Assembly: GCF_009914755.1 (NCBI RefSeq)
Contig: NC_060925.1
Length of the DNA stretch: 64,000 bases
Strand: one strand, 5' to 3'
Origin: the human T2T-CHM13v2.0 reference genome, Homo sapiens
The position numbers and the translations under genes were made by a program. Under the pieces are notes generated by a model. That model saw only the letters and a list, made by a program, of their open reading frames with translations. It was not told the DNA's origin and made no database searches. Positions 1 through 13,910 of this stretch are shown here, in pieces. Within the stretch, counting starts at the first letter, position 1. Every line of letters begins with the position of its first letter.

Positions 1-492
1 GTTTATTATAAAGATAAATCACACTCACTGCTTAAAATTTCATTAAATATAGAAAATTGCAAGGAAGAAAAAGAAAATATTACCTATTATTTCCCCCAAG
101 GTACTTTTAAAATGTAATTCAATCATTAATTCAATCAACAAATATCTATTGAGTACCCAGTATGCATCAGCAAAGAGACAGACAAGAAGTTCATGTATAT
201 ACATGTTTATATGTCTAGATATGTTTCTATACATACATGTAGTTTTACAAAATTGTGATCACACTGTTCATGCTGTTTTGTAACATGCTTCTCCCTCATT
301 CATGAGATGCATTGTTAAAACATGTTTTTTTTAATAATCATGCATTACTTTGTATTCACATATTTAACAAATATTATTAAGTCCCTACTGTGTGTAATGC
401 AAGTAATGGCAATCTATCCATGAGCAAAAGAGTATGGTTCTTACTATATGAAATTTTTCATCTGTATATAGGCTGTACTGGCCAATTATATC

Positions 493-582
493 TTGTTGGA
501 TATTTAGATAGATTAGTTTTCCACTATTATAAATAATTGTTGGATATTTAGATTTATAATAGTTTTCCACTATTATAAATAA
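493..582. repeat. Short tandem duplication, 2 x about 45 bp
   Basis: TTGTTGGATATTTAGAT..TAGTTTTCCACTATTATAAATAA at 493-536 and 537-582. Confidence 0.8.
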
Positions 583-1493
583 TATTTCATCTAGGACCTT
601 TTTTATATATGTTAGTATACATTTTTGTTTATTTCCTTATGGTAGATTCTTAAAGTTTATTTTCTAGGTTCTAAAAAAAATTTTATTACTTACAAGTTGT
701 GAGATGATAATCCAATTACTTTATCTCCTTAAAATGTTGTCTTCTCAATTGTAAAATAGAAATAATAATAGTTGGGTATTTTGAGGATTCTTTAAAATAT
801 TTAGCGAAATCTCATGGAATGCTAGTGATTATTTTTGACATTTTGCTCTTGAGGAATATGGTATTCATTTATGAGCAATATAAAAGAGTAGAGTTTTCTA
901 TGTCAATACTGGGTGCCATCATCAAACAGAGCAAATGACAACAAATCCAACAACTTGGATAATTGATATACGAAAATAGTATCTTGTTTAAATTTACATT
1001 TCTTTGTTGAACAAAGTTGAGCAATTTTCATAGTGGCCACTTATATGTCTATGTTTGTGAATTGTCTCTTTCAATGTGATTTAAAAAATTTTTCTCTTTC
1101 AATTTCAAATATGATAGATATTAACGGATATAACTTACATAATCATAGCACTTTTGGGGTCCTCAGTAATTTTGAAGAATATTAAGAGTCTTAACAATAT
1201 AGATGAAATTTTGAACTGGAAGTAGAAATTCTATAAACAATGTTTTTCTCATTTTTGGAGGGTTATTTTTAGTGTTTCCTGAAACCTTTCCCTTAAAAAT
1301 GGGTGAGAATACATAGAAAAATGAGAGCAAATTATTTTTTATTCTCATAGACTAATAGTTTACAAATGATGGGAAACCTGGAGGGTTCAGAGATGATGGC
1401 CAAAACCCAGCACCAGAGACATCCTGGCCTGAATCATGTAAAGAAGATATTGTTAGGACTAAGGGTGGCGTGATGACTGTTCAAGTTTTGTAA

Positions 1494-1775
1494 GGCTGGG
1501 TGCAGTGGCTTACACCTGTAATCCCAACACTTTGGCAGGCTTGAGCCCAAGAGTTTGAGACCAGCCTGGTCAACATAGTGAGATTAATTAAAATCTTATT
1601 AAAAATTTTGAAAAAATCAGCTGGATATGGTGGCATGCACCTGTAATCCAGCAATTTGGGAGGCTGAGGCAGGGGGATCATTTGAACACAGGAGTTTGAG
1701 GCTGCAGTGAGCTTTGACCACACACCGCACTCATGCCTGGGTGATAGAGCAAGATTTTGTTTCTTATTAAAAAGA
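1494..1775 (+). mobile_element. Alu (old, AluJ-like), with internal deletion
   Basis: GGCTGGGTGCAGTGGCTTACACCTGTAATCCC start, dimeric structure, flanking AAGTTTTGT repeats. Confidence 0.85.
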
Positions 1776-4440
1776 AAAGTTTTGTGAGGAAAATAATATT
1801 ATTGGTTGTGAACAACCAATTTAGAGAAAATGAATTTCAGTTCTGGCCAACTCTTTGTCTTCTACCCCTTGACTATTAGGGCAATAAATAGTTGGGGGAA
1901 CCAAAAGGTTGGTTCTGGAGTTCTTTCCAAAGAAGACAGTAAATAGAGCAGAGGTTATTCTGGTCCTCTGATACCATTACCTGCCTGTTAATAAAGGATG
2001 CATTACATGTATTTGCTACTTTTGCTATGTGATTCTAAGTTTTTTGATTCTTTTTGTGATTCTTAGTGCAAATCTTACAACACACCTTGAAAATACAGTT
2101 TACCTTTCCTTATACAAAAAATGAAATAAGCATAAACAACTCAATGCTCACCATAAGCAGATTTGTAAAGCTACCCTACCAGTCTAATCACTTATTAAAT
2201 GAATTCAAATGAGCTTAGAGAAACTCAGCAGACACCTGACGCTGAAAGTTATCAGTGTCAGAGTTTAGCCATCACTCTCCATTAAAGATAATAGACCAAA
2301 TTGGCTCTCATTTTTCTTCCCACTCCTTTTTTGGCACATGCAGTTGTGAATCAACTGCTTCCTTTTCCCCAATCTTCCTCTTCATTTGCTTGACTTCTGG
2401 AGTCTTCAGGAAAAAAATCGGTATTTTAGGTAACAGTGTGCTTTGAATTAGTAAACAAATGTCATTAATATGTATTCTTCTACAGTACAGAAAACTCATG
2501 TATTTATGATACTCAGCTTATACTTGCTTAGGTTTTTGTTTTGTTATTTAATTTACAAGCTGTTTTCTCACTATCTAGTTTGAAAAAAAAATCAGAGGCC
2601 CAGTATTTTTTTATTTTCACAGGCTTTGTGGTTGATAAAGGGATTGGTTATGAACTTTGTTTATTTCCACAAAACTGTGTAAGTTAGCAGTACAGGTATG
2701 ACTATCCACATTTTACAGATGTGAAAAAGAGCTATTGAAAAGTCAAACGTTTTTTTCTTTTTTTTAATGTCTGCCTTATGATTCCATTTTGATGTATTTA
2801 AATGTTTAAATATATTGGTTTATATTTTTAGTTTTAATGTGTATTCTTTGAGGTTGTCACACTCTTTCTATTGGAGTTAACATCAGAAAAATTACTGGAG
2901 AAGGCCCAGGAAGTCCACTCTCCTGGTGCGTGTTTCCATAATAACTCAATCGTTCTGCCCTTATAACTTGATTACTGATTGACGTAATAGGGGAGGTTGT
3001 GCAATTTTGGAACTACATAGTACTTTGTACAGTAGTATGTATACTACTTTAAGAAAATAAAATATATTACATTTTATCTAAAAATACAAAATAAACACAT
3101 TTCATGAGTTATGTAAAAAGTGCTGATTTTGCCAAATGTTTTGCTTTCAGGTTGGTCGTAGAGAATTTTCTTAGAATTTTCTAAGTATAACCTACAGAAC
3201 CTATGGCTCTTTCTGGCTCTTATTAAACCTGGCAGTTGGCATAAAGCATTTGTATCAAAATGGTTACTCTGACCTTGGATTTATCATTTGGACAAAATAA
3301 TTATTATTTTACCTTTCCAAATAATTCAGTAGCTTATGATAAAGCAGATACTCCTTCTCAGGGGTAAAACCCAACATTAGTTATACGCTTGACTTAGTAT
3401 ACATACTATGATGTGGTAATAAATAATGCATACTAGGTCAGGTTTTACTGCTGGATACAACTGTGCCACTAGAAACATTAGGTCAGCACATGGCTTCTGA
3501 ATTTCAGTCAGTAAATTGACACACTTCTTATTTGCCCCATACTTTTATGCCCACAGTTTTGACAGGATAAGCAAGTTAAATGCAGTACACAGGCAGTAAA
3601 CTGGGATGTTCACCCCTTATGGAAAAAAGTATTTTTGCAGAATTCTTGGATCTATAAGAAGAGACAGTGTCTGCCTAGGATAGTCTCGAGGCAGATAAAT
3701 GGTGTTTTAAGTTTTGAAACAAAAAGGCAATTCATTTTGTGGACTTTTTAAAACATATATTTGATGCAATATTATGAAAGTATTGAAAAAAGTAATTTGG
3801 AGCAATTATGTAAGAATTTATTGAAAAGCAATCAGGGAAAAGTGTCTAAAGATGCACACAGTTATGGGATCATTCTGTATAGACTGCTGCGTCTATCATT
3901 ATGATTTCTTAATATCCATTAGCCACTGTTGTGTCTACCACAAACCTCAAACAGGTTATCAACTTTCTTTTCATTCAACTGCCATGAAGAAGAGGTGGAT
4001 GAATTTTAAATTTGCTGACGTCATGAACTTAGATCTCAAAGAGAGAACACTAGGAAATTTCTGTAGTTCACTTTCAATGATCAATGGTAATACATGTTCA
4101 GATAATAACTTTAAAATACTGTTATATCCCTGGTTCTTAGAAGACAATGCCACTAACCCATTTTAGAAAGATTTGTCACAGCAGCGATTCTAATTTAAAA
4201 GAGGCTTCTTGGTAAATTAAAGATTTAATTGCAAATCTGTTGGATGCTTACTTATAATCTATTACTTGGTACTTAATTTTTGAGCTGGTGACAACCAGAG
4301 ATTTACATTTTATATATATAAAGCTTCACAATATTTACATGCATTTTTTCCCTCTCACCTTTATTACTTTCTGTAATGATGCCTTTGTTGTCAATGAAAA
4401 GCAATAAAAGAAAGAATCAAATTTGTGACACTCATTCACT

Positions 4441-4777
4441 GTTTGCAGAAATTGTTACAATCTGTTTAAAATATGTTTTAGGTTGACAAATTTGATTTGG
4501 TTGATCAATATATTATGTATTAATAAGTATTAATAAGCTATTTATATGAATTAATACCCCAGTATTAATATATAGCCTATGCATTAATATAATTAATAAT
4601 CAATATGAATTAATTCAGGTAAATCATTAGTTATTCAATACACCATATATTACATATAATATACCTTAATAATAATATTGATTGTTATTATATATTAATA
4701 TGTACATAAGATATTAATCAACCAAGCCAATTGTCAATCTAAGATGTAATTTAAACAGATAACAAGAATCTTCAAGC
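4441..4777. repeat. Diverged inverted repeat (core arms about 4460-4519 and 4703-4760) with AT-rich spacer
   Basis: ATCTGTTTAAAATATGTTTTAGGTTGACAA..TTGGTTGATCAATATATTATGTA aligns to the reverse complement of TACATAAGATATTAATCAACCAAGCCAATTGTCAATCTAAGATGTAATTTAAACAGAT at about 49/60. Confidence 0.8.
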
Positions 4778-5054
4778 ACTTTTTATCATCACAATGAAAA
4801 GGATGCTCTCATATAAATTTTAAGTTTCTGTGAAAAAATAATTTCTATATACCATTTTATTAATACATATAGTATACTTAGAAAAGTAGTAGGAGTAGGA
4901 AAATGCAATTTTTTAATACTTAGAAAAAGAACAGGTATTGTATGAAGCTATTTAGATAATATCTACTCTTCTTTTTCACTTACCAATTTTGCCTCCTATG
5001 TCAAGAAATGCAGATGTTAATGTCAATCAGGAATTGTTGGTCACTGAGCAGTAT

Positions 5055-5600
5055 GCATTTATTCCTTCGCTAATTCAGTCAGTTTTAATTAATAACAGCT
5101 ACATGCTAGGTACTGTGCTACATTTAGGGCATACCTGGGTGAATAAAGCAGGTATAGTTCATTCCGTCTTAGTGGAGACAGATAATAAGTATACAAACAA
5201 ACAGATAATAAATTATAAAAGAAAGCAAATGGGCTTCAATGATAGAGAATAACATGCAAAGGCGGAGAATGGGAAGGGCTCTCTGAGGCATAGAATTGAA
5301 GCACAGATGTGACGGATAAAAAGCCATCTACGGGAGGCGGTAAGTAGAGTGAGAATGGCAAGGCTCACGCTAGAGTTCCAGGCAGAGAGTGGCATTCGTT
5401 AATGAGCCTGCAAAGAAGCAACTAAGAAACTAGATGGAAAACCAGGTATTAGGGTGATGTTGTGGGAGCAAAGGAGGGAAAGTGGTTCTAGAGGAAAGAG
5501 GTTGAATAAGATGACGACGGAAAAGTGATTACTACATTTGGAAATTTGGAGATCATGAATGATCTTGATTAGTGCAGGTTCAATGGAGTGGTGGGAGTAG
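5055..5600 (-). mobile_element. L2 LINE fragment(s)
   Basis: Diverged L2-type reverse-strand motifs (ATGCTAGGTACTGTGCTA; GTTTCAATGGAGTGGTGGG). Confidence 0.5.
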
Positions 5601-5817
5601 ACAGAAGAAGGAAGAAGGAATTTACAAATGGGATGGGAGGAATGCGTGATGAGGATAGCTGGCTCCTGGATACAGGGTAAGCAAATAACCCTTCAGAGAA
5701 GTCTGTCAGTGAAACACAGCAACCAAATGGAGACATAGCAGGGAAAAGGAATATGGAGTCGACAGACAGACTGTAACAAGTTTGCCAATTAGATTATCCA
5801 GTTGAAAGTAAAATTTG

Positions 5818-6610
<793 letters not shown>

Positions 6611-6649
6611 CTAAGAGCAAAGAAGCTAGATGGTTTCTCTAGAGTGGGA

Positions 6650-6698
6650 GTTTTTAAAGACAGAAAGAAAAATTGTTTTTAAAGACAGAAAGAAAAAT
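6650..6698. repeat. 25-bp tandem duplication
   Basis: GTTTTTAAAGACAGAAAGAAAAAT occurs twice in tandem. Confidence 0.85.
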
Positions 6699-8335
6699 CC
6701 ATAAAATGGATAACCAGTGCACTAAGCAAAACAAAATAAAAAACAACCCAAACCAAAACCAAATCTAAACAAAAATTCATAAAAATGAATGAGTCTGTAG
6801 AACAGAGTTCCTTTATCTAAGGTAATTAGTGACTACTAGGAAGTAGTCCAAAATTGGCTGATTTCCAGCTCTAGTAGGTGGGAATTTAGCCTTTGTTCTT
6901 TCCCAACTCTTGGATTCATTACCTAGCCAGTTGCTAGGCCTCTTTGTACACTTCAGTGAAGCCCAGTTACCTGTTCCAGGAGCCATCATTCTGGAACCTT
7001 TTTTTTCTTCATGTTCTAGTTGGTAGACTTGTTGCTGTTGTCCTTTGAAGTTCTGAATGATTAACTGTTTGCCTCCCTGCTTTTATTGGACTCCTAGCTA
7101 AGTACTTGTTTCTGAGTTGTAGCATACTCCTTGGTCTTTGTGCTCCCTAAGATAAGGGTTTATAGACTTCGAATCATTAGAATTCCACAATGTAAAGATG
7201 TGTAAAACATTTTGTGATAATAATAGACCATCCAAAAAAAGGATCTTTCACAGCCCTGCTCTCAGGATGTATTTCTTCACCCTGACATAAATCTTTCATT
7301 TTGCATCTAAAAGTCACTTCCTTTTCTTTTCCAATTCTTACAGTTTTAGAGAACAGCTGGTTACCATAATCAAAATATCTTTTCAACGACCAAAATAATA
7401 TTATTGAACTATTGACTCATATTTCCTCAAAGTTAAAAAAACATTTTAAAATTTAAAAATCCATTAGCCATCTCTCATAAATCCTCTTCACATAAAAATG
7501 ATTTAGTTTTACACAAATGAAGGCCAGGCTCCTCCATGGGTGGAAGCAGTGAGTCTGTGCGGGTCAAGTCAGGCAGCATGGTGAGAAGAGAGAGTGTTTT
7601 TTGTGGTCAGATGGATTTCAGTTTGTTTCTGGCTGTGCCCTTCATCTACTTCTCTGCCTGACACTAAGTAGCTGCTTCTTTTTCCTCCTTTTTTCCCTAC
7701 CTCCCGGAGACATGTCCTGAAGTGGAAAGTCATTCTGCACTTTATTCCTGGTCCTGTCCATATTTGTCAGGCTATGGTTTAGCTGCAGTTGTCTAACTTC
7801 CTCCTGTCAAATTTCTCATTGGCAAAATGAAGGGGAGAGTATAACATTGTTTTTGTTAATTTCGTATTTTCCAAAGAACCCATTGAGGCATTATATCTCA
7901 TCCGCAGAACCTCAACTGAAACCTGCTTATTGATTTTACTAATGTATTTTTGGCACAGTTCTCCAGCTTGCTACTCAAAGGTAGAGGCAATATAAATTTC
8001 ATTTTGAAGCAAATGACAGCACTTTCAGTTCATTTCAACCTGAGTTTATTGTATGTAACCCCTAAATTTTCAGGATGTGCTACATGTTCATTATGGTGCT
8101 AGCAAAAGTAGGTAGTATAAAAAGAACTTAAGATTTTCTATCATCATCTTACTCTTTATAGTGATGTAATTTCCTCTCTCCTCAAAAATTTTACATGAAA
8201 CTTTGGAACTATGTTGGAGTACCCCACAGAAGTAGAAGGGGAAAAATGTGCTGCAACACTCCAACGCACACATAAATATTATTTAAAGGGTCTGCAGACT
8301 GTCATGGCTACATGTATTTCAACATAATTGACTTC

Positions 8336-8513
8336 TTTTTTTTTTTTTTTTTTTTTTTTTTTTGAGATGGAGTCTCATTCTGTTGCCCAGGCTGAAGCAC
8401 AGTGGTGCAATCTTGGCTCACTGCAACCTCTGCCTCCCAAGTTCAAGCAATTCTGCCTCTCCTGTAATCCCCTGAGTAGGTGGGATTACAGGTGCCCACC
8501 ACCATGCCTGGGC
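8336..8513 (-). mobile_element. Alu right monomer (5'-truncated)
   Basis: Poly(T) followed by GAGATGGAGTCTCATTCTGTTGCCCAGGCTG..GGATTACAGGTGCCCACCACCATGCCTGG. Confidence 0.85.
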
Positions 8514-10412
8514 AGTAATTAGCTTTCTTTATAAACTGATATTTTATTTCATATATTTTAAAATGTTATACTCTATAAAGGGGTCCCTAGCCTTCACTAG
8601 ATTGCCAAAGGGGTCCATGGCACAAAAAAGATTAAGAACCCCCAAGTCTACTCCCTTCAAGTGCATACACTCCATTTACAGAGTTCTTAATCCTGCAAAA
8701 GACTAGGTTTCTTGTTCTTTTCAAAAGTGAATTGCCATCACAGTGTCTAAAATAAGATTTCTAAAACTTCTTATGATCTGAGAAGAAAATGGTAACCCTG
8801 AATTCCTATTACATGTTACCCAGTTCAGGAACTGTAGAATGCTGGTCTCGTATTTAGTGGCCGAACTTTACAGTAACACCTGGAAGCAGGTGTACACCCT
8901 TCTGTGCTTCCGCAATTCCTGATGATATAGTTTATCATCAATTTATTCCTCTTAAAGATCATAGTAATTCCATATTTTAAACTGTCAGATCAATCTCACC
9001 GGCTGCCTGAAATAGTCATTGCTTTCATTGAAAAGCAAAGCAAGCTATAAATGCTGATAATTTTATCCAGTAATAAAATGGCTCTCATTAAACATTTAAG
9101 CCAGTTTGATGGTTTTCCTGAGTGTTTTCCCTGAACTGTTTACCTTAGAAAAAAGATATGGCTTTCCATGCTGTGGAAAACTTGACTGACTCTGTCACTT
9201 AAAAAAGGCAGCAATGGCAGCAATTAAAGAGGGAGTGGAACCCTCAACAAAACACAAATACTACCTTGGGGAGCATATTTGCAAAATGTCCAGTCTAGAG
9301 AGAAAAGATGTAGAAGTAATGCTGTTGTCAAAACACACTTCTTTTCCTAGCATTTTGTGCCACCTTGTTGCATATATTTATAACCTGTTAACAGTAAGTA
9401 CATCACCATTGTCAGTCTCTTTTAAGTAGAAGTCAGAACATTATTCTTCTATATTTTCTGAAAATGCACATCATATATTTAACACCTATCAATGTGATAT
9501 TATTTCATAATGGTCTGTGTGGGAAGAGGAATTTTTTAAACAATCTAATATTTGAAAGTAAACAATTTATAACTATGATTCAAACCTAGAAAATTACAAA
9601 AGATGAAAGTGATTCTTTTTGAGCTTTATTGGACCAATCCCAAGGAGAAATTCAGTTATTTGTTTTCCTCAAATTCATATCTTGGATCTACTCTGTCCTT
9701 CCAAACAGTAACTTGGTAACTTAAGATTTTAGCCAAACTAAAATTATATATATGTTATTTTAATTTTGGCTATATTTCCTTTTTAGCCCCAGTGCATGTG
9801 GGGGGCAGGGTGGGGCAGGGAGGATGCCAGTAGGGTATAAAGAAAGAGTACCTGGTTGAAAGTGAAGAGGTATGTTCAGTTTCAGCTGTTCCCCTTACTG
9901 GGTAACTTGGTGAGGTTTATTTATATCTTAAAGCCTCAGCTTACAAATTTGTACAATGAAATACTTTCTAGGTGGTGATTATGAATATTTCCTCCTTCTC
10001 CAAAATTTCTTGACCTTAAAATATGGCCAGAATGGCCACTTGTTTTTGACCACCAAGAGGTGAAAGAATGGAAAATAACAGCAAACCAGAGTGGTCAAGG
10101 AATGAAAACTAGAACACTGGCTTGGGAGTGAGGAGACATTCTTGCTTTGTTTGTAATGCATTATGTGAAACTGGGCTGGCCAGTTTCCTGATCCTTAAGA
10201 TGGACAGGTTTATCTGGATTAGTACTTCCCAAATGTGAAGTGGTTAGACGTTATCCTTGTGCTTCGTTTATGTAGAATGTGTGTATGTATATGTTGGTGA
10301 GGGGTTGCGGGAGCTTTTTAAATAATCAGATGAGGGTAGCTGCTCCATCTTAAAGGAGCTATGCTCTCTCCTTTATAATCTTCACCATCCTAGTTGAGAT
10401 GCATATCATATC

Positions 10413-10709
10413 TTTTTTTTTTTTTTTTGAGATGGAGTCTCTCTCTGTTGCCCAAGCTGAAGGGCAGTGGCGTGATCTCGGCTCACTGCAACCTCCGCCT
10501 CCCGGTTTCAAGCAATTCTCCTGCCTCAGCCTCCTGAATAGCTGAGGTTACAGACACCCACCACCACACCTGGCTAATTTTTTGTATTTTAGTAGAGACA
10601 GGGTTTCACAGTGTTGCCCAGGCTGGTCTCAAATTCCTGAGCTCAGACAATTCACCTGCTTTGGCCTCCCAAAGGGCTAGGATTACAGGTGTGAGCCACT
10701 GCGCCCGGC
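10413..10709 (-). mobile_element. Alu (AluS-like), full length
   Basis: Reverse Alu consensus; TSD TGCATATCAT(A/G)TCT on both sides. Confidence 0.93.
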
Positions 10710-10839
10710 TGCATATCATGTCTTATATCACATCTGGACTTCTCTGGCCGATTTTCTCCCTCCCTCCTACAGCACCACTTTTCTCCACTAACAATTGTAT
10801 GCTGCTTTGTTTAACTGCTGTGTTTATGTCATTAAAACC

Positions 10840-11232
10840 TGTTACGGGCTGAAATATGCCCCCTCCAAATGCATACATTGGAACCTAAATCCCAGTACCT
10901 CAGAATGTAAAAGTATTTGGGGATAAGTCCTCATTAAATTGAAAGGAGGCTGGTAGGGCATGTCCTAATCCAATTTGACTAGTGTCCTTAAAAGAAGAGG
11001 GAATTTGAACACACACAGACACCAGGCACTCTGTGCACAGGGGAAAGAGCATGTGAGGACACAGCGAAAAGCAGCTATCTGCAAGCCCAGGAGAGAGGTC
11101 TCAGGAGAAACCAAAGCTGCCAAACTTTGATCTTGGACTTCCAACCTCCAGAACTGTAAGAAAATAAATTCCCATTGTTTAAGCCACTCGGTCTGTGATA
11201 CTTTGTTATGGCAACCCTCGTAAACTAACACA
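10840..11232 (+). mobile_element. MaLR solo LTR (MLT1-type)
   Basis: TG..CA ends; CCCAGTACCTCAGAATGT, GACTTCCAACCTCCAGAACTGTAAGAAAATAAATT and TTTGTTATGGCAACCC..AAACTAACACA motifs. Confidence 0.8.
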
Positions 11233-12941
11233 AAGTGCCACTTTCATCATGCCACCTCCCTGCTAAGACTCGAATAACTCTATTGCTTATTGTATAATTT
11301 CTCAGAAACTCTGCCTGTGCTTCAGGGTCTTTTGTAGAGTGAAAAAATGACATAGAAAGGGGATTCTAGGGCCAGCTCAGCCCATGTTAACCCAGATGAC
11401 CTGGGAACTTTTTTATTCTTCTTGAGACAGTTATTCTTTTGTAGAGATTGGTTGTGGGAGTCTACCTTAGTTTGTGTTGTCAGTTAAACAAATTACTTAC
11501 CTTTCCAAATCTGTTTTTTTTAATCTCAAAAGTAGTGATAATAATCCCTATCTTGTTATAAAGATTAAATGAGATGGTATATATAAATCACTTAAAGTAT
11601 CTCGTACTTGGGAAATGTTTAACAAGTGTGGATTTTCAAAATTAAGTGTTCATATTAGCAACTGCTAAGATATATTCCAGTTTCACATTCTAGATTCTAT
11701 AAATGTAATCTACTTCCTTTTGATTGTTTCTTAAGACAAGAGCACATTTATGATCTAGACAGTTTTCTCCAGTACATCATGCAAATCCCCCAGTTTGCTT
11801 ATTCATCCTTCAGTCAATAGTAATTGAATTATCACTCCGGGCCCAACAGGAATACAGGGAGAAGACAGAACTTCCTTTGTGCTGCTCACAGCTATGGAAG
11901 ACTGACACGTGTATAATGGTAGTCTAGTATACAATATTGTGATAAGAGATTTCAAGGAAAGGTACAAGGGTCCTAATCTAGTAGATAAATTAAGAGATGA
12001 CTGACTTTAGAGAGTGAATTTATGCAGAACCCTGAATGACAGGCGGACATGATCCTGCAGAGGTGTGGGTAAGGAAAGCACCAGTTGAGAGCCTGAGGAG
12101 GATGGAGTATCTCCAACGTCATGGCCTTTTCCTAGAGGAAATGTTTCCACTTCCTCTTACTATAGATCTAAGCTCTTTCACGTTTTCAAATGTCAGATCA
12201 GTTACCATTTTCTCTGAAGCCGTTTCTACTTTAAACCACTGGAATCTCTCTCTTCTCTGAAACTCTAGTAGGTATTTCATATATACTTGTCTATGTAATT
12301 ATAATGAGATTTGAAGAATACAAATTTGATAGATTAAGAAGCTGTGACTTAGGAATACAAATGGAGAGGGAAATCTTAAAAGGAACAGTATGGATATCAG
12401 CCATATGGCACCACCTGTTACTACTGTGGGACTTAGTGGCAAGTTCCATACCATTGGGTTCCAGGCTCAAGAAACAGACATAGTTAATTATTCTGTGCCT
12501 TTGTGTCTGGAGGCATGCTGTTACATTTCCTTGGGAACAGGGAGGTGTTCCTGTCGTAAACTGAGAGTATGGTTTGAGAGACATTTTTAATATAAAGCAT
12601 CTCATTTACCCATCTGAATTCCTATTGTTTCTTTATTCCTTTGTGCCGGTTGGCAATATCAAACTCTTTGTATAGCCTTAGTTTACAAAAAAAGCACCAT
12701 CAAATTCACTTAAAAGCTTAAAACTTTAGTGATGTCTTAGTAACTATATATCATTATAAGAATGATGATGATGGAAACATAGTAATATAATGCTCTCTTT
12801 GCTTTTAGAATATGCTTCCATATCCAGTATAGTGGAGAAAGCTTTGAATTTGGCAGCGGACAAGTTAGTGTCCAAATGTGTTCTACTTTTAAAAATGTTA
12901 ATGGATCAAAAAATCAGTGTTTCTATTAAAAATTTATTGTT

Positions 12942-13157
12942 ATCCTTCAGGTATATACCCAGTAATGGGATGGCTGGGTCAGATGGTATTTCTAGTTCTA
13001 GATCCCTGTTGGGGGAGCAGGGAGGGATAGCATTAGGAGATATACCTAATGTTAAATGACGAGTTAATGGGTGCAGCACACCAACATGGCACATGTATAC
13101 ATATTTAACAAATCTGCACGTTGTGCACATGTACCCTAAAACTTAAAGTATAATAAA
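12942..13157 (+). mobile_element. Short L1PA insertion with 5' inversion (twin priming)
   Basis: 12942-13008 is antisense ORF2 (DLELEIP.DPAIPLLGIY); 13009-13157 is sense 3'UTR plus AATAAA; TSD AAAAATTTATTGTT at 12928-12941 and 13158-13171. Confidence 0.9.
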
Positions 13158-13250
13158 AAAAATTTATTGTTGTATATGAAAATGTACTTGGTGTTTATAA
13201 AAGGTGCTCAATAAATTTGCCTACTTGAATTTCTTAGAAATCTCTATAGA

Positions 13251-13602
13251 GGCCAGGTGCAGTGGCTCACACCTGTAATCCCCTCACTTTGGGAGGCCAA
13301 GGCCACACCTGATCACACTGTAATCCCCCAACTTTGGGAGGCCAAGGCAGGTGGATCACTTGAGGTCAGGAGTTTGAGATCAGCCTGGCCAACATGGTGA
13401 AAACCCATGTCTACTAAAAATACAAAAATTAGCTGAGCATGATGGTGGGTGCCTGTAGTCCATGCTAGTCGGGAGGCTGAGGCCCCAGAATTGCTTGAAC
13501 CCAGGAGGCGGAGGTTGCAGTGAGCCAAGATTGCACTACACTCCATCCTGGGTGACAGAGTGAGACTCCATCAAAAAAACAAAACAAACAAACAAACAAA
13601 AA
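13251..13602 (+). mobile_element. Alu (AluSx-like) with internal duplication in the left arm
   Basis: Alu consensus with (CAAA)n tail; TSD TCTCTATAGA at 13241-13250 and 13604-13613. Confidence 0.92.
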
Positions 13603-13689
13603 CTCTCTATAGAATTAAATACTTGTGACTTGCATGAGTTGAGGCAGTTTGAGGGGGATCATCACCAGTTTCATAAACAATGATAATAA

Positions 13690-13910
13690 TAATGATTATT
13701 TTGTACATTTATGGCCTTCTAGGTACTGTGCTTGGTGATTTACATATATTTTCTTATTTCATCCTCCCACTGTCTCTGTGAGGATTAGGGGCGATTTTCC
13801 CTACGTACAGACAAGGAAACTGAGGGTCAGGATCCCACAGATAGAGAAAGGAGGAGACAGGCTAGAACTTGGGTCATTCTGGCTGCAGTCAAGAAGTTGC
13901 TGCCACTTAA
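13690..13910 (-). mobile_element. MIR
   Basis: Core TACAGACAAGGAAACTGAGGGTCAG with a MIR-like flank. Confidence 0.6.
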
